Source: a virus
Taxonomy: Duplodnaviria; Caudoviricetes
Direction: 5' to 3' (one strand)
Virus record (IMG/VR): IMGVR_UViG_3300031841_001392
Span: 1-52,949 of that record
Length of the DNA: 52,949 nucleotides
The notes under the pieces are model-generated. The model was given only the letters and a program-made list of their open reading frames with translations, searched no databases and was not told where the DNA came from. The position numbers were made by a program, and so were the translations under genes. Below, one piece after another: positions 1 to 8,827 of this stretch; positions within the stretch are counted from its first letter, which is position 1, and every line of letters starts with the position of its first letter.

Positions 1-2212
1 CAAAACCAATAATTACATTATTGTTCCCTGTTTCTAGCGCATCACCTGCTGTTGCGCCCAAAAGCGTGTTGACCGTTCCCGTGGTGACTGCTTTACCTGC
101 TTGATCTCCTACTGCTGTATTGTAAGTATCCGTGGCAGTAGTAAAGTTTTGAGTACTAAGAGCCTCATTACCTACCGCAACCGAGGCGCTTCCTTTTGTA
201 TCTGTTGTTAATGACGCGTAGCCCAATGCCACATTATGAATTCCTGTGGTTAGGCTATCTGCCGCAAGGCCTCCAACAATGGTATTCTGAGTTCCCGTGG
301 TGACTGCTTTACCTGCTTCATAGCCCATCGCTACGTTATAAGTGTCGGTAGTGGTCGTAAAATTTTGGTTGAGTAAAGTTGAATAACCAACCGCTACACT
401 TCTGTCTCCTAACGTATCAGAGCTTAGCGCGTTAACTCCCATCGCCACATTTGAGTTTCCGCTAGTCAACGCATCACCTGCTAGACCACCGAGGAGGGTG
501 TTTCCGGCTCCCGTGGTGACTGAAGCGCCTGCATAGTAACCCAAAGCCGTGTTGTAGGAAATTGTTGCTGTAGTGAAGTTTTGTGAAGATAAAGTGGCAG
601 TGCCTACGGCAGTAGTTCCACTACCCAAGGTATCTCCACTTAAAGCCTGTATTCCTATAGCTACATTAAAATCAGCATCAGTAAGAGCATCACCAGCAAG
701 ACCGCCGACGAGGGTATTCTGGATTCCCGTGGTGACTGACAACCCTGCATGGTAGCCAACCGCGACGTTGTAGTTTGTTGTTCCGTCAGTAAAATTTTGA
801 GCTTCTAAAGCAGCCCTGCCGATTGCGACAGAAGCAATACCCGTTGTGTCTGCGGTTAAAGCACTATACCCCAAGACGGTATTTTGCTGCCCTGTGGTAA
901 GTGCATCCCCCGCGAGACCGCCCACCAAACTGTTCTGGACTCCCGTGGTGACTGAAGCGCCTGCGTTTGCACCTACGGCAGTATTGTAGACATCAGTAGC
1001 TGTCGTGAAGTTTTGAGCTGTTAAAGCAGATACACCTATTGCTACATTAGCTGATCCCTTCGTATCCGTACTTAGAGTATTATATCCTACCGCCACATTA
1101 TTAGCGGGAGTAGTCAGTGCATCACCCGCAAGACCTCCGATAAGGGTGTTCTGGGTTCCCGTGGTGATCAGATTACCTGCTAAAGTACCAACCGCAACAT
1201 TGTAAGCATCAGTAGACGTAGTAAAATTCTGCAAGCTAAGAGCACCTTGTCCTACTGCTGTAGATCTACTCCCTAACGTATCTGCGCCAAGCGCGTTTTG
1301 GCCTATTCCGACATTGCGACTGCCGGTAGTAAGTGCGTCTCCAGCGGCATATCCAACCGCTACATTGAAATCACCCGTAGTGATTGCCGTACCCGCTTCA
1401 TCTCCTATGACTACGTTTTGGTTGCCGCCAGACTCGATGCTGTTGCCTGCGTTGACACCTATACGGACGTTGGATGTGCCAGCGGATGCGGTGATTAGAT
1501 CCGCGCCATCTTCTATCGTTGTATCACCAGAAATAGCAACAGTGCCGTTGAAGTCGAGCGCGGTCGCCGTGAGATCAATCTCATCCGTCGCACCCAATGA
1601 CAGAACCGTCGCAGACGAGCCTTGAATGAACTGGCTCGCATCGTTAAACATGATTTTGTTCGTAGAGTTAAGCGTCAGGCCAGAGCCGTCTGTGTGCGTG
1701 AGCGTAGTGTCGCCATCTGCACCAAAGGTGATGACTGCGCTGTCAGAGGTGAACGTCAGGTCATCGTCAATAAACAAGTCTGGGATCGACAGGTCTTGGA
1801 AAGCATCAACCATCGCAGCGCCTGATCCAGCACCGTCGCTGTAAATCGCCTTTGTCTGACCATTGGCTATCGTGACGTTTGCGCCAGAACCTTGGCTGAT
1901 AATGATGTCTTGCGATCCGCTGGTTGCGTTCTCAATGAACCACAGCTTGCTGACCGTATTCGGCCCTATAGTGATGGTGCAAGTTGAATCAAGAGTGCCA
2001 GTATATTTGAGGAAGAGAGACCGGCCCGGATCAGAAGCCCCGTCAGCAATAGTAGTAGTATGAGTATCAGCATTAGTCGTAATAGCTTCTGTGCCAAAAC
2101 TAAATGCCTCACCTATCAACTCAAGGTTGGTATTTGTACTGGTTCCCCAAGTGCCTGCCTCATCACCAGTGGCAATCTCTTTGAGCCGTAAATCGTTAAC
2201 GTAAGTTGCCAT
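1..2212 (-). CDS. Tail fibre / receptor-binding protein, 3' end outside window; YadA-head-like beta-roll repeats
   Basis: Absent from the ORF track (no stop in window). ATG at 2212 directly follows the upstream TAA. Reads MATYVNDLRLKEIATGDEAGTWGTSTNTNLELIGEAF..., later repeats such as YNTAVGANAGASVTTGVQNSLVGGLAGDALTTGQQNTVLG. Confidence 0.88.
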   Translation of the reverse strand, partial: MATYVNDLRLKEIATGDEAGTWGTSTNTNLELIGEAFSFGTEAITTNADTHTTTIADGASDPGRSLFLKYTGTLDSTCTITIGPNTVSKLWFIENATSGSQDIIISQGSGANVTIANGQTKAIYSDGAGSGAAMVDAFQDLSIPDLFIDDDLTFTSDSAVITFGADGDTTLTHTDGSGLTLNSTNKIMFNDASQFIQGSSATVLSLGATDEIDLTATALDFNGTVAISGDTTIEDGADLITASAGTSNVRIGVNAGNSIESGGNQNVVIGDEAGTAITTGDFNVAVGYAAGDALTTGSRNVGIGQNALGADTLGSRSTAVGQGALSLQNFTTSTDAYNVAVGTLAGNLITTGTQNTLIGGLAGDALTTPANNVAVGYNTLSTDTKGSANVAIGVSALTAQNFTTATDVYNTAVGANAGASVTTGVQNSLVGGLAGDALTTGQQNTVLGYSALTADTTGIASVAIGRAALEAQNFTDGTTNYNVAVGYHAGLSVTTGIQNTLVGGLAGDALTDADFNVAIGIQALSGDTLGSGTTAVGTATLSSQNFTTATISYNTALGYYAGASVTTGAGNTLLGGLAGDALTSGNSNVAMGVNALSSDTLGDRSVAVGYSTLLNQNFTTTTDTYNVAMGYEAGKAVTTGTQNTIVGGLAADSLTTGIHNVALGYASLTTDTKGSASVAVGNEALSTQNFTTATDTYNTAVGDQAGKAVTTGTVNTLLGATAGDALETGNNNVIIGF
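20..1400 (-). repeat. About six 216-bp (72-aa = 17+17+17+21) tandem super-repeats within the tail fibre
   Basis: CCCGTGGTGA begins at 78, 294, 510, 726, 942 and 1158 (exact 216-bp period); QNFT and GGLAGDAL motifs recur at the same period. Confidence 0.92.
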
Positions 2213-2350
2213 TTATCTTCTCCGACTTTTCGTCTTAGGCTTTGGCTTGCTCATAGAGGCGACATGCTTCTTGAGCGTCTCAGCTTGCTTCTTGTGCGTC
2301 TTAGATGCCTTCTCTAAACCCTTAATAACCTTCTTTACTTTGCGTACCAT
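2213..2350 (-). CDS. Small Lys-rich protein (45 aa, MVRKVKKVIKGLEKAS...)
   Basis: ATG at 2350 overlaps the upstream stop (TAATG); stop abuts the fibre start. Confidence 0.7.
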   Translation of the reverse strand: MVRKVKKVIKGLEKASKTHKKQAETLKKHVASMSKPKPKTKSRRR

Positions 2351-3117
2351 TAGGCTACCTCTTCCCAGTTGGGTGTTTGAGACGTTGATACAGTTGACCA
2401 ACTAGGTGTTTGACTTGTTGAAATAGTTGCCCAGCTAGGCGTTTGATTGTCATCAACAAGCCCCCATACATTTGATGTGCCAGTGGCCCCAGTTCCTTCA
2501 ACACCCGTAACAGATACATTTGCATCAGCTGTAACAGTGACGTTGCTGACCGCTCCAATGCCTTCAACGCCTGTTGGAACAATCGTTTGGCCCAAGCCGA
2601 TAGTGACTGTACCAATTTGACCAGTGCCGGATACACCTGTTGGAGAAACGACTGCGGTACCAATAACCGTAACTGTTCCGACTGCACCCGTTGCTTCAAC
2701 ACCTGTAACGGAGACATTCGCATCGCCAGTGATCGTAACCGTGCCAACAGCGCCCGTACCCGCAACGCCAGTGACCGAGGCGTTTGCATCAGCACTGATC
2801 GTAACCGTACCAACCGCTCCAGTACCAGAAACACCAGTAACACTAACATTCGCATCAGCGGATACAGTAACCGTTCCCGCAGATCCAGTGCCTTCAACAC
2901 CCGTGACAGAGACGGTAACACCCGTTCCTTCGATGATCGTGACGGAGCCGATTGACCCTGTTGCAGAAACGCCTGTGACAGTGACATTTGCGTCTGCGCT
3001 GACTGTGACAGTCGTGACCGCACCAGTGCCTTCAACACCAGTAACGACGACAGGGTTAGCCTCGCCCCACGGGCCATCACCCCAAGCGCCTCTGCCCCAC
3101 CCATTAAGATCTGCCAC
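2350..3117 (-). CDS. Virion structural protein with ~22-aa Val/Thr/Gly repeats
   Basis: Repeated ADANVSVTGVxGTGAVGTVTI units, GWG-rich N-terminus, TPSW repeats at C-terminus; tail-region context. Confidence 0.75.
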   Translation of the reverse strand: MADLNGWGRGAWGDGPWGEANPVVVTGVEGTGAVTTVTVSADANVTVTGVSATGSIGSVTIIEGTGVTVSVTGVEGTGSAGTVTVSADANVSVTGVSGTGAVGTVTISADANASVTGVAGTGAVGTVTITGDANVSVTGVEATGAVGTVTVIGTAVVSPTGVSGTGQIGTVTIGLGQTIVPTGVEGIGAVSNVTVTADANVSVTGVEGTGATGTSNVWGLVDDNQTPSWATISTSQTPSWSTVSTSQTPNWEEVA

Positions 3118-3120
3118 ACG

Positions 3121-3375
3121 CTACTTCCTGTATCCAGCCGTCTTCTTGGCTATTTTTTTGGGCTGCTTGGAGTGTTGCTTGCCTTTTTTTGTGTCTGCCC
3201 TCTTCTTTCTGGAAGTGGCAGCGTACTCCTTGTCCGATAAAGCCTGTCTAGCCTTCTTCGGGAGATACCTTTCACCTGTCGCCTTCTTTCCTTGTGTAGA
3301 CGGTTTACCTGACTTGGTGCCCCAGTCTTGCTTCGTCCACTTCTTAAGGCTCTTTTGAGGCTTCTTCAATGGCAT
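3121..3375 (-). CDS. Small basic phage protein
   Basis: SLKKWTKQDWGTKSGKPS...TGERYLPKKA; translationally coupled in the late operon. Confidence 0.75.
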   Translation of the reverse strand: MPLKKPQKSLKKWTKQDWGTKSGKPSTQGKKATGERYLPKKARQALSDKEYAATSRKKRADTKKGKQHSKQPKKIAKKTAGYRK

Positions 3376-3587
3376 TACTTGTAACCACCGCCTGCATCTT
3401 TATAAGCCTTGGCTAACATTTGAGCTTTACGCGCCGACCACTGCCCCGGCTTGCCGCCTTTGCTTCCAGCCTTAATCCTATTGAATTGACGCTTACGCAT
3501 CTCAGGCTTGGTGTAGTTTCCAGCCTCGTTAACTCTAGACTTTGACTTCTTTTTTGCAGGCTTCTTTGCCGCTGGCATCTTAGGCAA
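3375..3587 (-). CDS. Small basic phage protein
   Basis: NYTKPEMRKR...GQWSARKAQMLAKAYKDAGGGYK; coupled to neighbours. Confidence 0.75.
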   Translation of the reverse strand: MPKMPAAKKPAKKKSKSRVNEAGNYTKPEMRKRQFNRIKAGSKGGKPGQWSARKAQMLAKAYKDAGGGYK

Positions 3588-4011
3588 TCCTTATAATCGC
3601 GTTACTTGCATCAGCGGTAGGGAACTGAATAGTAAAATCACCAGCGGTTGATGTCTTGTCTCCACCAAACGCAAGGCTACATACCGCAGGGTCTCCAGAA
3701 GCTGAGTCATTAAATATCAGCGCCCCGTTTGCCGTAATTGTGCTGCTAGAGAATGTCAGGTCAGCAAAGTCTGTAAACGCTGTTGTGCTCGAGGTTGTTG
3801 GGTCAACACGGGTCAGTGCGGCACCTTTAGCTGTATAGCCCGTACCGGATACCTCATTGGATGTCGTATACGCAGTTGTGCTTGCATTTAAAGTTGCAGA
3901 GCTTGTGTACAGGGCCAGATTAAAGGTGCTTCCACCAGTGTTTTTGAAGTTGTGTACCGCCTCCATAAGCTCTTTCTTGAAACTTGTACACATTGCACTC
4001 GTAATAGACAT
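3580..4011 (-). CDS. Virion structural protein (tail-associated)
   Basis: MSITSAMCTSFKKELM...FNLALYTSSA...FGGDKTSTAGDFTIQFP, a recurrent phage structural-gene pattern. Confidence 0.7.
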   Translation of the reverse strand: MSITSAMCTSFKKELMEAVHNFKNTGGSTFNLALYTSSATLNASTTAYTTSNEVSGTGYTAKGAALTRVDPTTSSTTAFTDFADLTFSSSTITANGALIFNDSASGDPAVCSLAFGGDKTSTAGDFTIQFPTADASNAIIRIA

Positions 4012-4289
4012 TATAGTCTCCTAATTATATCAGCCATGTCTTTATGACCTTGACGATCTAGTTCGGCAATCAGCGTTGTTCTGTCGCTATTTATCGCCTC
4101 TTTAATGTATCTCAAGACTGTAACTTTAACAGCCTCTTGGAATTCTTGTGCCTGCTCTGCTATGACGGGATGACAATTGCCCCCTACACTAACAATACTG
4201 TCTGCGGCTGACTTGGCCCAAAACTCAGGGCTATGACCGCCATTCTCGGTCGCTGTAACAATAACGCTGCCAACTTCCATAGAAAGCAT
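4011..4289 (-). CDS. Hypothetical phage protein
   Basis: 92-aa ORF coupled by TAATG overlaps on both sides. Confidence 0.7.
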   Translation of the reverse strand: MLSMEVGSVIVTATENGGHSPEFWAKSAADSIVSVGGNCHPVIAEQAQEFQEAVKVTVLRYIKEAINSDRTTLIAELDRQGHKDMADIIRRL

Positions 4290-4927
4290 TATCTGTTGGC
4301 CCTTACGGCTCCAGCCCTATAGCTATCAGTAGTGTTGTAACCCTCACCAAGAGCTTTTAACTCTTCTAATGCCTCGTTATACCTTGTCGCATAAAGCTGC
4401 ATTAAGTCTGGATCTCCCTTCAAGAAGGTATAGGCCTCCACTAAGCAGCCATAAAGCAGAGCATTTTCTGCGTTTGTGCCTAGCCAGCTTGTACCGTCAC
4501 TAGCAACGGTAATTGACTCAGGCTTGTAGAAATAATGTATTTCAGCAGAGTAGTTCGCGTTTGGTGTTGGGCCTAGAATAAAAGCTTGCTCGTTAAACAA
4601 AGCGTAATGCTTTGGCACCCCTGTCGTAGAAGCCACAGGGTAAGCCTCCCTAATAAAGTTAACGTCCTTACGAATCAGAAACTCATAACCGCTGTTATCT
4701 ATTGACAGAGAATACGTTGCCAAAAAGTCAGATGGCACCGCTAAGTACTGGTTGGACTGAGTTGTTGTTCCTGTAGCGTTCTTCCTAAAGTCAGGTAGCT
4801 GAACCGATTTGAGTATTCTTTCTTCTGCCTGCGTAATAATGGTTGGCAGGTCAGCAACAAATGTAGATTCGTTTGACTCAACGTAGTCCTGTATTGCTGT
4901 TTTTAGCGTCGTGAATGTAAATGCCAT
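4289..4927 (-). CDS. Head-tail adaptor / tail tubular protein A-like
   Basis: TLKTAIQDY...AEERI...GVPKHYA...GPTPNANY...LLYGCLVEAY pattern; position after the head genes. Confidence 0.65.
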   Translation of the reverse strand: MAFTFTTLKTAIQDYVESNESTFVADLPTIITQAEERILKSVQLPDFRKNATGTTTQSNQYLAVPSDFLATYSLSIDNSGYEFLIRKDVNFIREAYPVASTTGVPKHYALFNEQAFILGPTPNANYSAEIHYFYKPESITVASDGTSWLGTNAENALLYGCLVEAYTFLKGDPDLMQLYATRYNEALEELKALGEGYNTTDSYRAGAVRANR

Positions 4928-5244
4928 CAGCTTGTACTCACGGTTACTATTCCAACGCTACCAAACATATCCAAGCCAACCTGCCCGACTGGGTTAAAGG
5001 AGGCTAACAACCTGCTTTGATCCAAACCTTGATCTGGTCTTGGGTTTCTCAACGCCTGCGGATCGTCCATGCGAATCCTACCAAGCTTAAGCTGTGGTTG
5101 ATCTGGGCTGTTAACGTCACGACCAACCAAAAAACCAGTGGGCCTGCCGTTTACGATTTGAGGCACAAGGTCTTTTAGCGGGTATCGAAAGCCCGTTAAG
5201 TCGCAGTAACCGAATGCATGTTTACCACTAGCGTAAGCGCCCAT
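4927..5244 (-). CDS. Conserved phage head-completion-region protein
   Basis: YASGKHAFGYCDLTGFRY...DPQALRNPRPD; coupled ORF. Confidence 0.65.
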   Translation of the reverse strand: MGAYASGKHAFGYCDLTGFRYPLKDLVPQIVNGRPTGFLVGRDVNSPDQPQLKLGRIRMDDPQALRNPRPDQGLDQSRLLASFNPVGQVGLDMFGSVGIVTVSTS

Positions 5245-5247
5245 ACG

Positions 5248-5928
5248 TTAAAACCCCGGTGCTATGTAAATAGATGCTTTCTCTCTGTCGGCATCAGCAG
5301 CTAAGTTCCACTGCTCCTCGTAATCAGCCTTCAACACTGATGACCTAGACGCTGCATTTGGAAACTTAAGGCTTAATTGATAAGACAGCCCTGCAACCAA
5401 GCAAGGCAAGAACCTAGCTGGTACGTCCATATTGTTTGAAGCCGCAGAGCCTGCATCATCGATGCGTTCTAAATAGTAATAAACAAACGTATAGGACGCG
5501 CTGTCTGGCACAGGCCAAAGGTTAACCGTGATCTGTGCTGGTGCTTTGTCTATCTGATACTGCAAAGGCTTACTTTGTGTAAGCTTGTTTGACAAATGAG
5601 CGTACTGACTTACAGATATCCTGCTCAATGTTTGATCTTGTTGGCTAGAACTGTCACCCGCATTGGTGCGAACAAATGCTTCTATGATGTCGAATATCTT
5701 TGCATCTAGTGCGTAAGCAGACGTTCCTTCAGTAAGGGCTTGCGTACCCTCTTTGACCGTCCACAGGTTTAGGCCTCTGTTCTGCCATTCCAGCATAAGC
5801 AGGTTAATGCTTCGTCTAGCCGTGCGATAATCATAGCCACTACGAAGCTCTAAACCGGCACGCTCAAACGCCTCCTCCATAGCATCAGAGAGGTCTAGGT
5901 TGAATGCATATGTGCCGCTAACAGCCAT
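5248..5928 (-). CDS. Head-tail adaptor-type virion protein
   Basis: EEAFERAG...GYDYRTARRSINLLMLEWQNRGLNLWT...LWPVPD...RFLPCLVAGL. Confidence 0.65.
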   Translation of the reverse strand: MAVSGTYAFNLDLSDAMEEAFERAGLELRSGYDYRTARRSINLLMLEWQNRGLNLWTVKEGTQALTEGTSAYALDAKIFDIIEAFVRTNAGDSSSQQDQTLSRISVSQYAHLSNKLTQSKPLQYQIDKAPAQITVNLWPVPDSASYTFVYYYLERIDDAGSAASNNMDVPARFLPCLVAGLSYQLSLKFPNAASRSSVLKADYEEQWNLAADADREKASIYIAPGF

Positions 5929-6219
5929 CTAGATTATCCGACCTTTGGTCTTGCCCCTAATAGCCATGCCATCAATAGACTTTACCTTGCCGCCAGCTTT
6001 CATCCCGTCCATGCCGCCAGTACCGCCTGTGGCAGACATGATCTTTTGCATGCGCTGTTCTTCAGCAGCATCGGCGGCTTCTCTTTCTAACCGTCGATCT
6101 TTCTTCTTATCTCGTCTGTTTTTTAGATATCCAGCAAGAGGGCTTATTGCAGCTAGAGGCTCTTCTGCAATGAGTCCGACCAATCCACCGCCGAGTATCC
6201 CAAGATCTTTCTTTCCCAT
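5929..6219 (-). CDS. Small protein with MKAGGKV...DGMAIRGKTKG C-terminal motif
   Basis: AGGAGG RBS upstream; carries the xAxGG motif shared with other late proteins. Confidence 0.7.
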   Translation of the reverse strand: MGKKDLGILGGGLVGLIAEEPLAAISPLAGYLKNRRDKKKDRRLEREAADAAEEQRMQKIMSATGGTGGMDGMKAGGKVKSIDGMAIRGKTKGRII

Positions 6220-6317
6220 TACGGCCTCCTAGCCTTCTGCTTCTTTTTAGAAACACGCTTCTTTTTAGATGGCGCGTTCTTAATTTGTTTGCCCATTTGC
6301 GCTCGACTAATCGCCAT
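6219..6317 (-). CDS. Unannotated 32-aa basic peptide MAISRAQMGKQIKNAPSKKKRVSKKKQKARRP
   Basis: Fills the gap exactly, with TGATG and TAATG overlaps to both neighbours; N-terminus identical to the major capsid protein. Confidence 0.75.
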   Translation of the reverse strand: MAISRAQMGKQIKNAPSKKKRVSKKKQKARRP

Positions 6318-6649
6318 CAGCCTCTACCAAACTTTTGTTTTTGAGATTTAGGGGGAGACTTCTTGCTGCCTCCCTTGCCACTCCAAAAAACCTTGTTTGC
6401 CCAGTATGCGGCACTAGTCTTGCCCTTAGCTATGTTCTTGCCATGCCGAGCCTTGAAGCTCTTACGGGCCTCTGCACTGTAATTGTGACCCATCTTCTGG
6501 TCGCCAAAGCGGATGATCTTCATCTTGCCGCCATCGCGCACAGCAACTACAGCCTTCTTGGTTTTATGACTAGGGGTGCGTTTAGGTTTGTTTAGGCCGG
6601 TAAGCCCGACCTTTTTTAGCCTGTTCTTTTCAGCGTCAGTTAAGCTCAT
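6317..6649 (-). CDS. Basic conserved phage protein (DUF6321-like)
   Basis: IIRFG...ARKSFKARH...SAAYWA motif. Confidence 0.65.
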   Translation of the reverse strand: MSLTDAEKNRLKKVGLTGLNKPKRTPSHKTKKAVVAVRDGGKMKIIRFGDQKMGHNYSAEARKSFKARHGKNIAKGKTSAAYWANKVFWSGKGGSKKSPPKSQKQKFGRG

Positions 6650-6870
6650 TTCTTGCGTGACCTGTTTTTTGACTTGGACTCTACGCGAAGGTTCTTTCGT
6701 TTGTTGTTTAGGGCATTGCCGTCCTTGTGATGAACGTCCTTGCCGTCACCCTTCTTAACCTTGCCAGAAGCAGCCATTTTACGCCGTGCTGCATTGCGAC
6801 CCGCACGGCGCTTCTTCTGGTCTGGTTTAGAGTGAAACTCTTTGTACTCTTCTTTGTAGTTTCTAGCCAC
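6646..6870 (-). CDS. Minimal HNH endonuclease-like protein
   Basis: RNYKEEY...GDGKDVHHKDGNALNNKRKNLRV...NRS. Confidence 0.7.
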   Translation of the reverse strand: MARNYKEEYKEFHSKPDQKKRRAGRNAARRKMAASGKVKKGDGKDVHHKDGNALNNKRKNLRVESKSKNRSRKK

Positions 6871-6878
6871 AGCTTGAT

Positions 6879-7283
6879 CTAGAAGTGCTTCCGCACCTGC
6901 ATAACGATGTTGTAAACATCGCCGCTAGAATGCCCAACAGTCGTGAACAAAACGTCACCGTTTACGCCAGAACCCGCATTATTGGGTATTCCTGTAAAAT
7001 CAGAAAAATCCAGCGTATCTGACCAATCAGCGTTAAGCTGCCAAGCAAGCACGTTAGTAGATGCATTAAAGAAGATCTTCACACCCATACCAATGGTCGA
7101 GTAATAGATCTTCTGAATGGACACCTTCGTGCAAGCCGCTCCAGTTACAGGGTCAACGGCAAGCGCAGAGACATCTATCTTAGCAACGGCGCTTTCACCA
7201 GTACCATCGCTAACATTTGTAAACCTAAAAATGGCAGTGTTGCCGCCATCCTGAATGGTTTGGGTTGCTACTGCATCGGCCAT
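6879..7283 (-). CDS. Virion structural protein
   Basis: MADAVATQTIQDG...FTNVSDGTGESAVAKIDVSAL; AGGAGG RBS; downstream of the capsid gene. Confidence 0.65.
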   Translation of the reverse strand: MADAVATQTIQDGGNTAIFRFTNVSDGTGESAVAKIDVSALAVDPVTGAACTKVSIQKIYYSTIGMGVKIFFNASTNVLAWQLNADWSDTLDFSDFTGIPNNAGSGVNGDVLFTTVGHSSGDVYNIVMQVRKHF

Positions 7284-7295
7284 GCTAACCTCCTA

Positions 7296-7802
7296 TTACT
7301 GATCAGCAAATGCAGGTGCAGTTGCGCCCGTAACAGTGCCGAAGATCTGATAATTGGTTGTGTTCAAACCAATAATCGTTACATCAAAGCCAGCAGGTAC
7401 GTTTAACTGAATGCTGCTATTTGAGTTGCCATCAGAAAAAACCGCACTAACTTCGTTGTCAGTATCAAGGAAAGTAACACCACCAATGTAAAAATTAGTG
7501 TTTCCGGGGGTAACGATAAGCGCATCAGTTGCGTCAGCGGCACCGCCTGCGTAAACAAACCTAAACACAGATCCAGCGATAGGCGCTGGCAAGGTGTAGG
7601 TGTTGTCTTGTCCGCCATCTGGAACCAGCAGTATTCGTCCGCTGTGAGTGGCGTTGGTTAGAGTTACATTGCTATCGGCAAGGCTAACGGGGCCATCACC
7701 GATAGTTGCAACTTCAGTAACAGCACCAGAGGTGCTGTCTTTGCTTACAGTTTTGAAGGTGCTTTCAGAACGAACTGCACCCGTGAAAGTCGTAGTACCC
7801 AT
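7296..7802 (-). CDS. Capsid decoration / fibre-like structural protein
   Basis: MGTTTFTGAVRS N-terminus, beta-rich TYTLPA-type domain; first gene after the MCP terminator. Confidence 0.6.
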   Translation of the reverse strand: MGTTTFTGAVRSESTFKTVSKDSTSGAVTEVATIGDGPVSLADSNVTLTNATHSGRILLVPDGGQDNTYTLPAPIAGSVFRFVYAGGAADATDALIVTPGNTNFYIGGVTFLDTDNEVSAVFSDGNSNSSIQLNVPAGFDVTIIGLNTTNYQIFGTVTGATAPAFADQ

Positions 7803-7856
7803 TGTAGTCTCCTGTCTGGGTTAGTCCAAAATGTTCCACATGGAACAATCGGTCAG

Positions 7857-7892
7857 GAAAAGAACAAGGGCCACCAATTGGCAGCCCTGTTC
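7857..7892 (-). terminator. Intrinsic terminator after the major capsid gene
   Basis: Minus strand GAACAGGGC-TGCCAATTGGTG-GCCCTTGTTC followed by TTTT. Confidence 0.6.
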
Positions 7893-7905
7893 GATTGCCT
7901 AGCTA

Positions 7906-8814
7906 TTAGCTAGATCCGGGCGATCCGTAAATTCCCAACGGATCTGATACGCCGAATGAGTATCGTTCACGCGCTTTATAGCGCACGTTACCCGTATCGA
8001 AGTCACCATCCATAGACGTTTCTAGCGCAGTACGCTCAAACATCTTCATACCGTTAGGTATGTCAGTGATGATGAAGAACGCATTGCTGTCAGTCAAATA
8101 GTGATTAACAGCGTAACCGCCGGGGATTGCACCCATATTGCGGATAGCGTTCAGGTCGTTATCAGCCGTGCCGACACGCTGAGTGGTCTCCAGAAGACGA
8201 TCTGCCGTAAACATCAGTGCAGGCGGTACAACCAAGCTACGAGGACGGGCTGCGATTAACAGTCCACGCTCATCTGTGAAGGCTGCAATCTCAATGATTG
8301 CTTGCTCCAGTGAGGTCTCGTTAAGGTCAGCACCAGTAGATGGACGGTTGGAATTGGTTCCACCGTTTACTAATGGGTGCGAAGCGTTGAACAACGTAAC
8401 ACCGTCTCCAGATTGGAAGCTGGTGAAGCCATTGTTAAGCGGATTCGCTGCTTTAACCTGCTTGGTGTAGGCCATAGCCCGTGCCAAAGCTTTCGTGTAG
8501 CGAGCCGAAAGAGAATCGTAGAGATTATCTTCCATCGCTTCCTCGGTGATGGCGAAGCCCATCGCTATCGTCTCGTGATTATAGCGAGCCGTGTAGCTTT
8601 CTTGAGCCGAATCATAAGAGATTGCAGCGCCTTCAGCCTTAACGGGAGCAGCACCAAAGCCGCTCAGTTTCACTTCTTCCTCAAAAGAACGATCAGAACT
8701 CTCAGTCTCATAAATGAGAGTGTGTTCATCTTCGTATTTTTCGTACTCCAAACCAAACAGAGCATTAAGCCCCGGCAGGAGTTCTTTAAGCATTTGCGCT
8801 CTTGAAATTGCCAT
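7906..8814 (-). CDS. Major capsid protein (HK97 fold, Mu gpT-like family)
   Basis: MAISRAQMLKELLPGLNALFGLEY...EEEVKLSGFG...FDTGNVRYKARERYSFGVSDPLGIYGSPG; 302 aa; follows scaffold. Confidence 0.9.
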   Translation of the reverse strand: MAISRAQMLKELLPGLNALFGLEYEKYEDEHTLIYETESSDRSFEEEVKLSGFGAAPVKAEGAAISYDSAQESYTARYNHETIAMGFAITEEAMEDNLYDSLSARYTKALARAMAYTKQVKAANPLNNGFTSFQSGDGVTLFNASHPLVNGGTNSNRPSTGADLNETSLEQAIIEIAAFTDERGLLIAARPRSLVVPPALMFTADRLLETTQRVGTADNDLNAIRNMGAIPGGYAVNHYLTDSNAFFIITDIPNGMKMFERTALETSMDGDFDTGNVRYKARERYSFGVSDPLGIYGSPGSS

Positions 8815-8827
8815 TGCCTAATTCTCC

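Noticed and set aside
2355-3119. 254-aa alternative-frame ORF over the V/T/G repeat gene
   Set aside because: Stop-free because of biased GTN/ACN/GGN codons; the L/R-rich translation is not protein-like.
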